Below are positions 1-10,517 of a stretch of 64,000 nt of DNA, piece after piece. Position 1 is the first letter of the stretch; every line of letters starts with the position of its first letter. Location of the stretch: NCBI RefSeq assembly GCF_000143415.4, contig NW_003314269.1, positions 1,433,544 through 1,497,543 of the forward strand, given 5' to 3'. This DNA comes from Selaginella moellendorffii. Lineage: Eukaryota > Plantae > Lycopodiophyta. Made by a program: the position numbers and the translations under genes. The notes under the pieces were generated by a model. That model searched no databases and was not told the DNA's origin. It saw nothing but the letters and a program-made list of their open reading frames with translations.

Positions 1-1322
1 CAGTCTCCTCTCGCGCTTCCAGCGCCGCCTCGCTCGCGCGGGCTACACCGCGCCGCCCTTCCCCGTCCAAGTGATTCAGGCCGTGGAGCGCAAGATCAGG
101 CAGGGGCTGGAAGTCTTGGCGGCGCCGCCCCGAAATGTGGCCGCGGCGGCGTCGTTCGCGTGCCTGTCGCGCGGCGCAGCGGCATTTGGGGCGGAGGCGC
201 CGGGGCGCCATCTCTACGACCTCGCGATGGCGCCCGACCAGGTCTCCAAGCGCCTCGACGGCGTCCCCGTCTACACGGTGAGCAACCACGACAACGAATT
301 TGTCCTCATCTCCGACTCCAATGGCCACAAATCTCTGGGCTTGTTTTGCTTCCGCCACGAGGACGCCGAGGCGCTGCTAGCACAGGTATGAGTCCATCCA
401 TCGCTCGATTCATCTCTTCCCCTTCTTCTTCCTCTTCTTCTTCTTCTAGGTTGACGTTCTCAAACTTTTGTAGCTTGGCAGATCCGAGATAGAGAGCCTG
501 GCCTGGGCCGTGGAGCGAAGATTGTAGCTGTCTCTCTCGACAAGGTGCGAGCTTTCTTTTCTTACTTTGTATGTACTGAGAGCTTCTTTGCTTTTGCCTT
601 TGCTTTCTTTGGCTCTGGATCATCATCAGGTCTACCAGCTCAAGACGGAAGGCATCGCTTTCAGGTTCTTGCCGGATCCTCTCCAAGTCAAGCATGCTCT
701 TGAGGTCAGAAAAATCCCCTCTTTTTTTTCTCACTTTTGTTTCCCAAGTGGTGGACTGGACTTTTCTGTTTGTGCGTGTCGCAGTCGAGAGCAAAGACTG
801 GCGATCCCGGGAAAGCTTTCGATGGCGTGCCAGTCTTTCAGGTGTGTGGAGAAACAGAGAAGAGGAGGTTTTGAATCTCGCTAAATGTTGCCATGGCAGT
901 CGGATAACCTCGTCCTCCGGAGCAAGAACCGACGCTTCTGTCCGATATTCTTCTCCAAGGTATAAAAATACTCCTCCTTTCGCTGTTGCTGGACCGACAA
1001 AAACTGTGTTTTGCTTTACCAGGAGGATCTGGAGAGAGCGCTCTTGGGAGCATTCAAGCAGCAGCAGAAGATCAATCCCGCGCTCAAGGTGAACACCGAC
1101 ATCCAAGTCGGCAGCTTCGAGGACGTTTTGCAGCGACTGGAGGTAAGCTCTTCTCTTCCAATTGCGAAGTTCTCCCTGTTCTTCCAGTTCTTCCAGCTCT
1201 TAAAAATCCCGTGTCTGTGACAGTCAAGCGACGATGGCTCCGGCTGGGGCGACGTCGTCTTCATCCCTCCCGGAATGGACGCGCTCAGCCATTTCTCGGA
1301 GAAGGTCTCGGCGGTCGGCTAA
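1..1322 (+). CDS. TIC22: Tic22-family chloroplast import protein; 5' end open beyond the window; multi-exon
   Basis: Spliced pieces KRLDGVPVYTVSNHDNEFVLIS..LGLFCFRHEDAEALLAQ | IRDREPGLGRGAKIVAVSLDK | VYQLKTEGIAFRFLPDPLQVKHALE ... EDLERALL..IQVGSFEDVL..WGDVVFIPPG. GT donors at 386 and 545; TAA at 1320-1322. Confidence 0.9.
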
Positions 1323-1957
1323 AAGGTCAAAAAGTTTTGGTGGATTTTTAGAGCAAAGGGGCAGTGACGTGTCTTTGTGGGGCCAGAATATTCCTTCCGC
1401 CGCTTGGAATATTCCGGCGCTACCTGGTTTAAGTGGTTCAAAGGGACCCGTCTCTCTCCCCCGGGCTTTGTGTGGTACCGTCCGCCATAGCCAAAAGCTT
1501 CGCCTAGACACCCCAGCCCTGTCACTTGGGTTTTGGAGTGGGGATCCATTTGGGTTGGGACTGGATTGGATTGGCATGGCCACGGCGCGGCTATAGGCTG
1601 TGGATCGCGCTCGCTCCTTGCAGCTAGGGTTTTTAGGGTAGCGAAGAATTTTGGGGCTTTTTTTTCTCGTGGCGAGAATTTTCGATTAGATTGATTTCTC
1701 TCCGGATCGATCTTGTTCCTGGAGGATTTCTTGGGGACTAGATCTGTGACAATCCTCGAGATCGAAAGGTGCGTTTGGGGTTTTTCCCTGTCGAGCCCTA
1801 ACCCTAGATAATTTATTTTTTTTTTCCTTAACTTTTTTTTTTCTTGCAAGTTGTTTTTCTTTGATAATTTTTGTATGAGGCAATTTAGCGAATTTTGATT
1901 GTACTCCTGGGAATGTTTGATGGAATCGATTATTTTGTTTCGACAGTCTCGTTCGCG

Positions 1958-3397
1958 ATGATAGGACAACACAAGCGATCGCTCGAGCACTGTGTTTCCT
2001 TCCCGCCCGCAAAGTGTTTGAAGCACCAAGACGAGGCTTTGACGCGCAAGAGCGAGGACGAGTTTGTTCTAGAGTCCGGGGGAGCCGAGGACGAGGTAGT
2101 GGACATTGATCCATCGGACAACTTCCAACATCACCACCACAAGGTACTCCAATCTTTCTTTCCATCTTCGATTCTCTTGTCTCAAACTTTGTCTTCCAAG
2201 TTCTTCCAGGTCCGCTTCGACGACTCGAGCACGGAAGCATGCCTCAAAGGCTACACGGACGTCTCCTCGGAGCCAACCCGGGACAACAGCTCGTCCCAGG
2301 AGATCTCGAGCCTGGAGCTGTGCTTCCCGGTCCAGGAATCCAGCATCAGCTCCCCGGCTCCCTCGCGCTTCTTCCAGGCCGCCTTGGAGGGCCTCCTGCC
2401 AAGGATCAAAGGAGTTCCAATCGGCCCCGACTACCAGGCCGAGGTTCCTCACTGGGATCCGGACAAGCACAAGGAGGTGGACGAGGAGGAGGAAGCCTGG
2501 ATCGGCGAGAGGGTCTGGCCGCCGAGTTCTCCGGAAGAAATTCAGAGCTCTTGCGACGACAGCGAGCGCGTAGGGAAGGGTAGAAGCCAGGAGTGTGGCT
2601 GCGAAGATCGGGGCTCGGTGGAGTGCGCGAGGCGGCACGTAGACGAGAGCCGGGAAAAAGTGGCGAGAGAGGTGGGAGCGCTGGTTTACGTCAAGCTCGG
2701 GCTGGAGGAGATGGGGGAGTGTGTGTCGCGGAGGTGGACGGAGCAGGAGGAGAAGATCTTCGGGGAGGTGGTGAGGCTCAATCCGGCGTCGCAGCGCAGG
2801 AACTTCTGGACGCCGCTGCGCTACGCGTTCCCATCGCGGCGGCGGCGCGAGCTGGTGAGCTACTACTTCAATGTGTTTGTGCTCCGGCGGCGCGCGCTCC
2901 AGAACCGGTTTGATCGAGAGAATGTGGACTCGGACGACGACGAGAGCGATCTCCCGCCGCCGCCCGAGGAGGAGGACTGGGAGTCGGAGTACACAGACGA
3001 GGAGGAGGTGGTGGAGGCGGTGGCTGGAGGAGTACGGGAGGAGGAGGAAGAAGAGGAGGAGGAGGAGCTGGAGGAGGAGGATGGCGAGGAAGAAGAAGAG
3101 AAAGAAGAGCAAGAACAACAAGGCGAAGTTTTGGGGACGACGACCGAGTTTTTGGAAGCGAGTAGCGGTGGTGGTGGTGGTGGCGGCGACGAGTTTGAGA
3201 AGTTTAGCTCCAAGGATGGCGGAGGATTCGCGAGGGAGGAGACGGAGAAGGAGATCTTGAGGCTGTCGAGGGCGCTGAGCCAGGGGGAGGAGGGATGGAT
3301 CGCCGGGGAGATGGAGCTGGCGTCCACGAATGGAGCAATGCAGGAGTTTTTTGGGCGAGAGGGCGATGGGATCGTGAGCTGGGAGAGGAGCTCTTGA
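1958..3397 (+). CDS. ELM2 + SANT-like domain protein (ARID1/ARID2-like C-terminal region) with acidic tail
   Basis: VPIGPDYQAEVPHW (ELM2), CGCEDRGSVECARRHV, LGLEEMGE..WTEQEEKIF, FPSRRRRELVSYYFNVFVLRRRA..DSDDDE. Probable 66-nt intron at 2144-2209. Confidence 0.85.
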   Translation: MIGQHKRSLEHCVSFPPAKCLKHQDEALTRKSEDEFVLESGGAEDEVVDIDPSDNFQHHHHKVLQSFFPSSILLSQTLSSKFFQVRFDDSSTEACLKGYTDVSSEPTRDNSSSQEISSLELCFPVQESSISSPAPSRFFQAALEGLLPRIKGVPIGPDYQAEVPHWDPDKHKEVDEEEEAWIGERVWPPSSPEEIQSSCDDSERVGKGRSQECGCEDRGSVECARRHVDESREKVAREVGALVYVKLGLEEMGECVSRRWTEQEEKIFGEVVRLNPASQRRNFWTPLRYAFPSRRRRELVSYYFNVFVLRRRALQNRFDRENVDSDDDESDLPPPPEEEDWESEYTDEEEVVEAVAGGVREEEEEEEEEELEEEDGEEEEEKEEQEQQGEVLGTTTEFLEASSGGGGGGGDEFEKFSSKDGGGFAREETEKEILRLSRALSQGEEGWIAGEMELASTNGAMQEFFGREGDGIVSWERSS

Positions 3398-3510
3398 AAC
3401 AAGAAGGATCGAATTGGAGCTCGCTATATAGCTAGGACAAAGAACTGTGTATATAAACCAAAGAAATTCTTTCAATAAACCCAAAGTTTGACACGCTGGC
3501 AGCTATTGTT

Positions 3511-3595
3511 AAAACACGTCAGCAAGCACAAACACGTCACTACGCGGGGATACACGTCAGCGACAGGCGACTCCGGGCTGGCCGACCACGTCAGC
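3511..3595. promoter_or_regulatory. Cluster of four CACGTCA (TGACGTG) bZIP-type boxes upstream of the PGM-like gene; TATA-like TATAAG near 3703
   Basis: ACACGTCA near 3514, 3532 and 3552; CCACGTCA near 3586. Confidence 0.55.
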
Positions 3596-3837
3596 GAGAT
3601 CGTGGCATCACGATCGCTTATTTGTTCGTGTCAAAGGTGGGCGATGGGCGACCACGGCGCGAATGTGGGTGGGAAGGATGTGAGGTTGGAGGCTGGAATC
3701 GCGTATAAGTAGCGGCGTCGCCGCCAATCCCACCGCGGCATTCCAGCGCTTGTTTCGCGATCGGCGGTGGCGGACATTGCGATCAGGGTTCTTGCAAGAA
3801 GAGGTTTAGGGTTTACGATCGATCGCGATTCGCGGGG

Positions 3838-4867
3838 ATGATGACCGAGGAGAGCAGGGCGCGGCGGCCGACGCGGATAATCCTGGTGCGCCACGGCCAG
3901 AGCGAGGGGAATGTGGACGAATCCAAGTACTCGTCCGTGGCGGACTACAAGATCCATCTCACCGAGGGCGGATTCCAGCAGGCGATCGCGTGCGGGCAAG
4001 AGGTACGCAGGATCATCGAGCGCGACGTGCGCGACGACTGGAAGGTGTATTTCTACGTGTCGCCGTACAAGCGGACGCGCTGCACGCTGCGCGGCATCGG
4101 GCGGGCGTTTGAGAAGGAGCGCATCTTGGGCGTGAGGGAGGAGCCCCGGATCCGCGAGCAGGACTTCGGGAACTTCCAGTGCATGGAGGTGATGAAAGTG
4201 GTGAAGGAGACTCGGGATAGATTTGGGCGATTTTTCTATCGATTTCCAGAGGGGGAATCGGCAGCTGATGTGTTTGATCGAGTCACAAGTACGTTTCCTC
4301 GCTTTTTTTTTTTTTTTTGTGTGTGTGCTTTGTCTTTCTTACGTAGTGTTCTTCGTCTTTGCGGCAGGCTTTCTCGAATCTCTATGGCGAGACATCGACA
4401 TGAACAGGCTAAACCGCTCAAAGTCATCCGACTTGAACCTCATCATCGTCTCGCACGGGCTGACGATGCGAGTGTTTCTCATGCGGTGGTTCAAGTGGAC
4501 GACGGAGCAATTCGAGCTGCTCAACAATCCACAGAACTGCGACATCAGGGTGATGCAGCTCGGGAGTGGAGGGGAGTACAGTTTAGCCGTGCACCACAGC
4601 AGGCAGGAGCTTGAGAACTGGGGGCTCACTCCAGAGATGATCGCTGACCAGGAGTGGCGAGCAACAGCCATGAGAGGGCAGTGGAACGACGATTGGCCTT
4701 GGTCTGGGAGGGCCTTCTTCGACCACTTTGAGGACGAGCCACTGGGGGGAGCTCACAGTGGTGTTTTCGGGGACGTAGATTCGGATTACAAGGGAGAGCA
4801 GAGTGAGTGGACTGGGGACACGACGTGCGAGAACGGAGACATACACTTACGGATGCCACCGATATGA
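3838..4867 (+). CDS. Phosphoglycerate mutase-like histidine phosphatase (AT74-like), 2 exons
   Basis: RIILVRHGQSEGN, YVSPYKRTR, EEPRIREQDFGNFQ, RFPEGESAADVFDRV, IVSHGLTMRVFLMRWFKW; one GT-AG intron at ~4289-4367. Confidence 0.92.
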
Positions 4868-4993
4868 GAGGGACATGAAGCTTTTTTTTCGACTGGTTTT
4901 CCTCCTGCGACGACACGTTTTCCTCGTGGTGGTGAGATTGTGGATATAAAGGACGGTTAACTGGAGTAGGCCCGGAAGAGCGGATAGGCAGAG

Positions 4994-6491
4994 ATGGCGA
5001 GCCTCCGATCGCTTGTTCTTTTCGTTTCACTGGTAGTGGCATTTGGTCTTGCGGCAGCGCACGGTGGTCATTTGGATTTCTCGCCGGCCGATCTTGAGTC
5101 GGAAGACCGCATCACTGCATTGTTTGATGCGTGGTGCGAAGAGCACGGGAAGAGGTATGGCACTGAAGATGAGAGGCTGCACAGGCGGGAAGTGTTCAAG
5201 GAGAAGCTGTTCCAGATCCAGGCTCACAACAGCCAGCAGCATTCTTACCAGCTCGGTCTCAATCAGTTCTCGGACCAGAGCCAGGAAGAAATGGAAGCTC
5301 GGCTCCCTCGTGTTGACGTCAAAGATCTGATGAAGAAGTGGGGCTCCGTCAAGAAGGAGGAGGCCTCCAGCGTGGCTGCACCAGCGTCCATTGACTGGAG
5401 GCGAAAGGGAGCTGTTGTTGCTCGCGTGAAGGACATTGGCAGCAGCTGCAGAGGCAAGAAAAAACATCCCTTGCTTCTCTCTTTTCTGACACGTCGGGTT
5501 TGAGCATTTTCAGGAGCTAGCTGGACGTATGCAGCAACTGGAGCCGTGGAGGGGAGGCTCGCAATCGACGGCAATAGGCTGCAGGACCTTTCCGCTCAGC
5601 AGCTCCTGGATTGTGTTGACGAGGCAAACAAATGCACCACTCTCGATCCCGTTTTCGCTCTGGATTACGTTGAGGAGAATGGCTTGACGACTGAAAAACT
5701 TTATCCATACACTGGGACAATTGGACAATGCAAACCACTCGTGAGTTCTTTCTTCTTGTTCTATACATTTGGTTTCTTTACTAAACTCTTGAATCTTTTA
5801 TTTTGGTAGCCATCTTCTTTGGTTACCATTTCTGGCGTGGAGAGGATCTACTCGTCAAGTGACGATACAGAACTGCTTAATGCTGTTGCAAAGCAGCCTG
5901 TCGCGGTGATAGTCGACGGAACAACGCCGCAGTTCATCAATTACCGCAGCGTAAGTGAATTGCAGCTATGCTTTATTTTCCTGACATCCTTCCCTCGCGA
6001 CAGGGAATCTACACTGGACCTTTCGCGGACGCGGTCACCACTACATCACTCCTCGTTGTTGGATATGATACTCTCAACGGTGTTCCCTACTGGATCGCGA
6101 AAAACTCGTGGGGCTATGGCTGGGGCGAAGGCGGATACATCCGTATCAAGAGACAGGGAGGAGAACCATATGGTATTCTCAACATCAATGCGTTCCCATC
6201 CTATCCGACTGGAGCAGCTCCAGGGAGCAAGCCACCTCCTTGCGGTGGCAGCCAGAGTTGTCCCTCGGGAATGACTTGCTGCTGCATAGAACCGGCTATC
6301 GGATCCAAGTGCTTGCAGTACATGTGTTGTCCGAGCAAGTACTCGGATTGCCAGGGCGGCTGCTGCAAACAGGTAGGAAAGAAGAATTTTTCTTCTCACT
6401 TTCTGATTTTGATCTTGTTTTTTTGCAGAAGAAAAGCTTCTCTGTTGATGAAATGGTGTTCACAACTAAGAACCAAACGAGCTCCTATTGA
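4994..6491 (+). CDS. Papain-family (C1A) RD21-like protein with signal peptide, I29 prodomain and short granulin domain; catalytic Cys and His replaced (probable pseudo-protease)
   Basis: Signal peptide; ERFNIN/GxNxFxD-type prodomain (GLNQFSD); PASIDWRRKGAV; GASWTYAATGAVEG; LSAQQLLDC; LLVVGY..YWIAKNSWGYGWGEGGYIRI; CPSGMTCCC granulin. GC-AG intron at 5454-5513; TATAAA at 4945-4950. Confidence 0.88.
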
Positions 6492-7476
6492 GTTTTCTCG
6501 CCACGGTGGTGGTTGTTGCTGGTACTTCGCTTTCATCCCGGTTCTGGGCTTTTTTTTTGACAATGTGATGGTCTTTCACGCCTCTAGTTCTTCCAGGATA
6601 GTTTTTCTAAAAGATCGCCATCGTTCTTGTCACTGGTAGTCACAGTGATAAGCTTGCAAGCGCTCTAGAACAAAGCAGGCTCCAACCCAGCCTAGAATCT
6701 CTTAAGCTTTTGCCAGAGCCAAACTCAACCAAGAAGCTCCACTCTCTCGTCCAGAAATCATCCCATCCCATGGTCTTCTCGATCAGCCAGATCGCGCGAC
6801 TCGTCAGCCGCCGAGGCCAAAGAGATCTTTGATCGAATGCCCTCTCGCAGTCTATCCCAGCAAATGCCCTGACGGGCCAAATGCGAGACTGTGGAGGGAT
6901 TCCATCCAGAAGCGAGCGCTTTTAGATCGCTGGCATTACGCGCGAGGACCCAGCAAGAGCGCATCACATCGCTCGCGATCGCTGGGAATCTCGCTACCAG
7001 TCGCCTTGCCCTCTTCCAGCGATCCCAAAGAACACGCCTCCTGATCTCGATCTCTCGCCCCCGATTCCACATCGAATTCCCGCTGGTCAGCACGTACTAG
7101 CGGTGCGACGCCTTCGATCTAGCTTGCGGGGCCTTCGATCGCGTCGATAACCGCGGCCGCGGACCGTGGATCGAGTTCTTCGCGGGGATGCTCCTTGATC
7201 AAACAATCCATAGGGATCTTCGATTCTTTTCACAAGCAAGCGCTGGGTTCTTAGTCACAGAGGAGTCCGGCCATTTAACAAGGACCTTCTTCTCGGAGCT
7301 CTCTAAGAACGTCCACACCCAAACTTGATCTAGCAAGCTTTTGGAAGTTCAACAAAAATGAGCTAAGATTTACCAGTTGTGACGAAGTTTCCGCTTCTTC
7401 CTGTGTGTGTTCTTTCCTCCAGAGAGCTCTTGCGATCTTTCTTCTTTCTCTCTTATCGGAAAAGCTCGATCCCCAC

Positions 7477-9969
7477 TCACAGCATCTTGTTGCGTTTCAT
7501 CACGTCCATCTTCATGAGCACGTCGTGCACGTCCGTCACCAGCTTGCTCTTCATCGAGTTGAAGTCCTGGAGCCCCTTCTCCAGCATCTGGTACTCCACA
7601 AAGCACCGCTTCCTCTTCTCCACCGCGTTGTTAACGTGGAGCTTGTACCCCTTGGCGACGTACTCCTCCTCCATCTTCTCGCTCTTGGCCAGCACGATCT
7701 TTCTCAGCCTCTCCGCCTCGAGCCGGGCCTCGTCGGCTCGCAGCTGGAACATCTTGGCTTCGGCCTGCTTTATGTGGATGGCGCTCTCCATCTCCTCGAT
7801 CTCGCTCCGCTTCCTCGCCCGGCTGTACTGCATCTCGGCAATCTCGTTCCTCTTGGCCTCGAGCTCCCGGTCGAGAATCTGCAAGTTACCGTTCCCAGAA
7901 CCACTCTTGCTCTTCGCCACCATTTCCTCCGCAGCATTCGCGTAGCTGCCGCTTCGAACTGCAACCGCACCCGCAGGAACTTCTCCACCTCCATGCTGCT
8001 GCTGCTGTTGCTGCTGCTGATGCTGCTGCTGATGCTGCACTTTGGCAGTCTCCAAATCGATCTTCCCCTCTGCAGCACAGCGTTTTCGTTAACGAAAATT
8101 AGGAAAAACAAGATTTTTACCTTGGAAGAACCGGACGATCGCCTCGCATAACTCGGAAGTGTCACCGCATCCCTCCACCTTGCCCAGCATTTTCTCGGCA
8201 ATCCAGCACAGCTGTTTCCCTCTAGAGTCCTGGCTGCGCCGAAATATCCTCTGGATACAGTCGAGCTCCTGCCGCAGAGTCTCGGCGCTCCAATCCTTGG
8301 CGTACGTCGTAAACACCTCCCGGACGAAGCCAAACAAGTCCGAGGCATGGCCGCAAGCCACGCACACGAACTGCATCTCCGACTGCTTTCCACCTTGAGC
8401 AGTCCCGGGCTTGATATACGACAGTCGGATCCCACAGTCGGTGTGGCACCAGTGGAGGCAAAAGTCGCAGCCAACCCAGCGGCAAGTGTTGGCCATGAAG
8501 TCGAACTTGGAGCAGGCGATGCACATACACCCGCTGCAAAATCCCTCCTTTTGTGAGCAAAACTGGCAGTCGCAGTCGTCGGTAGGGAGCTGGTTCTGGC
8601 ACGCGAAGTTGCGGCACCGCTTCTGGAGGAAAACCTCCACGAGAGCCGCGGTAGACATCCGGTTCTCGCAGAGAAGAAAAGCCTGGATGCCCGTTTTCAT
8701 CGCCACCAGGAGCTCCAGCTGCGTGCGGTGGGCAACGTAGAGGTTCTCGGCCGAGAGGTCGTTCCGCCGCTGGAGGATCCTTTGCAGCCGCAGGAACTCG
8801 TCCCGCTTCTCCACGCTGCCGAGCATCTCCGTGAGCGACTTCTTCAAGTCCTCGAGGAAGATATCCGGGAGCTCCTGGAGCTTGTTGGCCACCACCGCTA
8901 CGGGATCCGCCGCCACCTCGTACAGCCCCACACGGTTCTCTCCTTGGAGGGACCTCTCCTCGGCCGCCTTGTGCTTGCCCCGTCGCGTCCCAGCGTGCTT
9001 TCGAAAGCCCTCCTTGAGATCTGGGAACAAGGCGTGATACGGCTCCAAGTTGTAAGAGTTCCACTTGACGGGTGGTGGAACTTGGTGCTGGTGCTGGAAA
9101 CCGGCACTGTTGCTGCTCCTGGTGATGGTGGTGGTGGTGGTGGTGCCATTGTTGTTGTTGGTGGTGGTGGTGGCCACGTTGTTCTTGTGAGCAGCAGCAG
9201 CAGCAGCGAGAGCTCCACTGTCCGGAAAAGGATTCCTACTTCTCTGGATGATCCCCTGAGGACCGAAGAGACCACCGTGAGACACCGTCTCGTTCTCGTG
9301 CCCAGCAACGTACTGCGTCGCGCTGGAGTTGAGATCATCCAGCGAGTTGTGCGTGAGCGAGCAGCTGGGATTGTGGACGAAGGATCTAGTGTTGACGGTG
9401 GTGGTGTTCGAGATGGAGCGAACGCTCATCACCTTCCCACTCACCAGTGAAGCCGAGGGGGCGTTACACCCGGAAGATCCCAGTGACAGAGATATCTCTC
9501 CGCCACCACCACCACCACCACCGCCTCCTCCCAGCGAAGAAGACGGTTTCCTGGCCTTGATCGTCGTCTCCGGCGGGAAGAGCTTCTTACTTTCGCCAGC
9601 GCCCCAGCTCCCACCGAGCGTGAGCAGCAAATCATCCTTCGCTGGAGTAGCCATCGCCTTGTCCTTCGCTTCTAGCTTCTCGGGACTGCCGGAGCTCTTG
9701 GAGAGCACCACCACATCTTGGTCAGCTTCTTCTTTCTTCTCTTCCTCGCCCCTTTCCTCCTCCTCGCGATCGATCTCGTTCAAGTCGGGCTTGAGTGAAA
9801 CCGCGGGACTGCTCTCCTTCCGCGTGGACTTGTCAAATCCCCCCTCTTCTTTTTCCTCCTCGCGACTGTGCCTGTCCTCTTCAATGACTTCCCTCTTCTC
9901 CTCCTCCACTACGCCCTTTGCCTTCTCGGTGGCGACCCCACATTCTTCCTTGATCACGCTCTCCTCCAT
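7477..9969 (-). CDS. OBERON/TITANIA-like PHD-finger + coiled-coil protein (OBE3/4-type), 2 coding exons
   Basis: SFVHNPSCSLTHNS; CRNFACQNQLPTDDCDCQFC..FCSGCMCIACSKFD..CDFCLHWCHTDC; KQAEAKMFQLRADEAR..EAERL..EEEY; intron at 8070-8120. Confidence 0.92.
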
Positions 9970-10517
9970 ACCCAAGCCCTGATCGCTCGAAAACTAGCTC
10001 GCGCGGAGGAGAGCGAAAGGAGCGAGATCGATCCCTACCTCCTGGGGCGGCCTATGACATGAGATGATTGATCGCTGGAGCCGAGGCCGCGGAAATCGCG
10101 AGGTCGCTCGCTAGCTCATTGTCTCACATCCCAAAGCTCGTCGTCTGTCGCCAACGAATCATCTATGAGTGATCTTTGCCGGGCGCTCGACGAATCTCGA
10201 GAGCAGCCACGCCCCGCCGATCCCTTCGAGGCGAGCCAGCTACGCGCCACGCGGAGATCGCCGTCGTGCTCGTCACTTCCCCTGCTTTGCCCTAGATTCC
10301 TCCTCCCACGCTCTCCTGCTGACTCACTACTCAGCTGCCGATGTGGCAGTGCTTACTCAGCACTCACTGCGGTATGACATGGACAGTCTGGAAAGAATGT
10401 TCTCGGTCCTCTAAAATATTCTTTACTCTCGCGAAAAACTTACACACTCGCAAAGAACAAATTTTACAACATAGATCTCGTTTCGATCTCGCAAAGAATC
10501 TTTGGTCTTATCTTCTA

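Noticed and set aside
1625-1640. TAGGGTTT motifs as interstitial telomere
   Set aside because: Isolated telo-boxes typical of plant promoters, also seen near 19155 and 62010-62045.
2069-3484. 471-aa minus-strand ORF, and similar antisense ORFs over the OBERON-like gene
   Set aside because: Antisense to GAG-rich real coding sequence; low-complexity Leu/Ser translation.
3644-3712. 22-codon ORF upstream of the PGM-like gene as a uORF
   Set aside because: It overlaps the probable TATA box, so it is likely upstream of the TSS.
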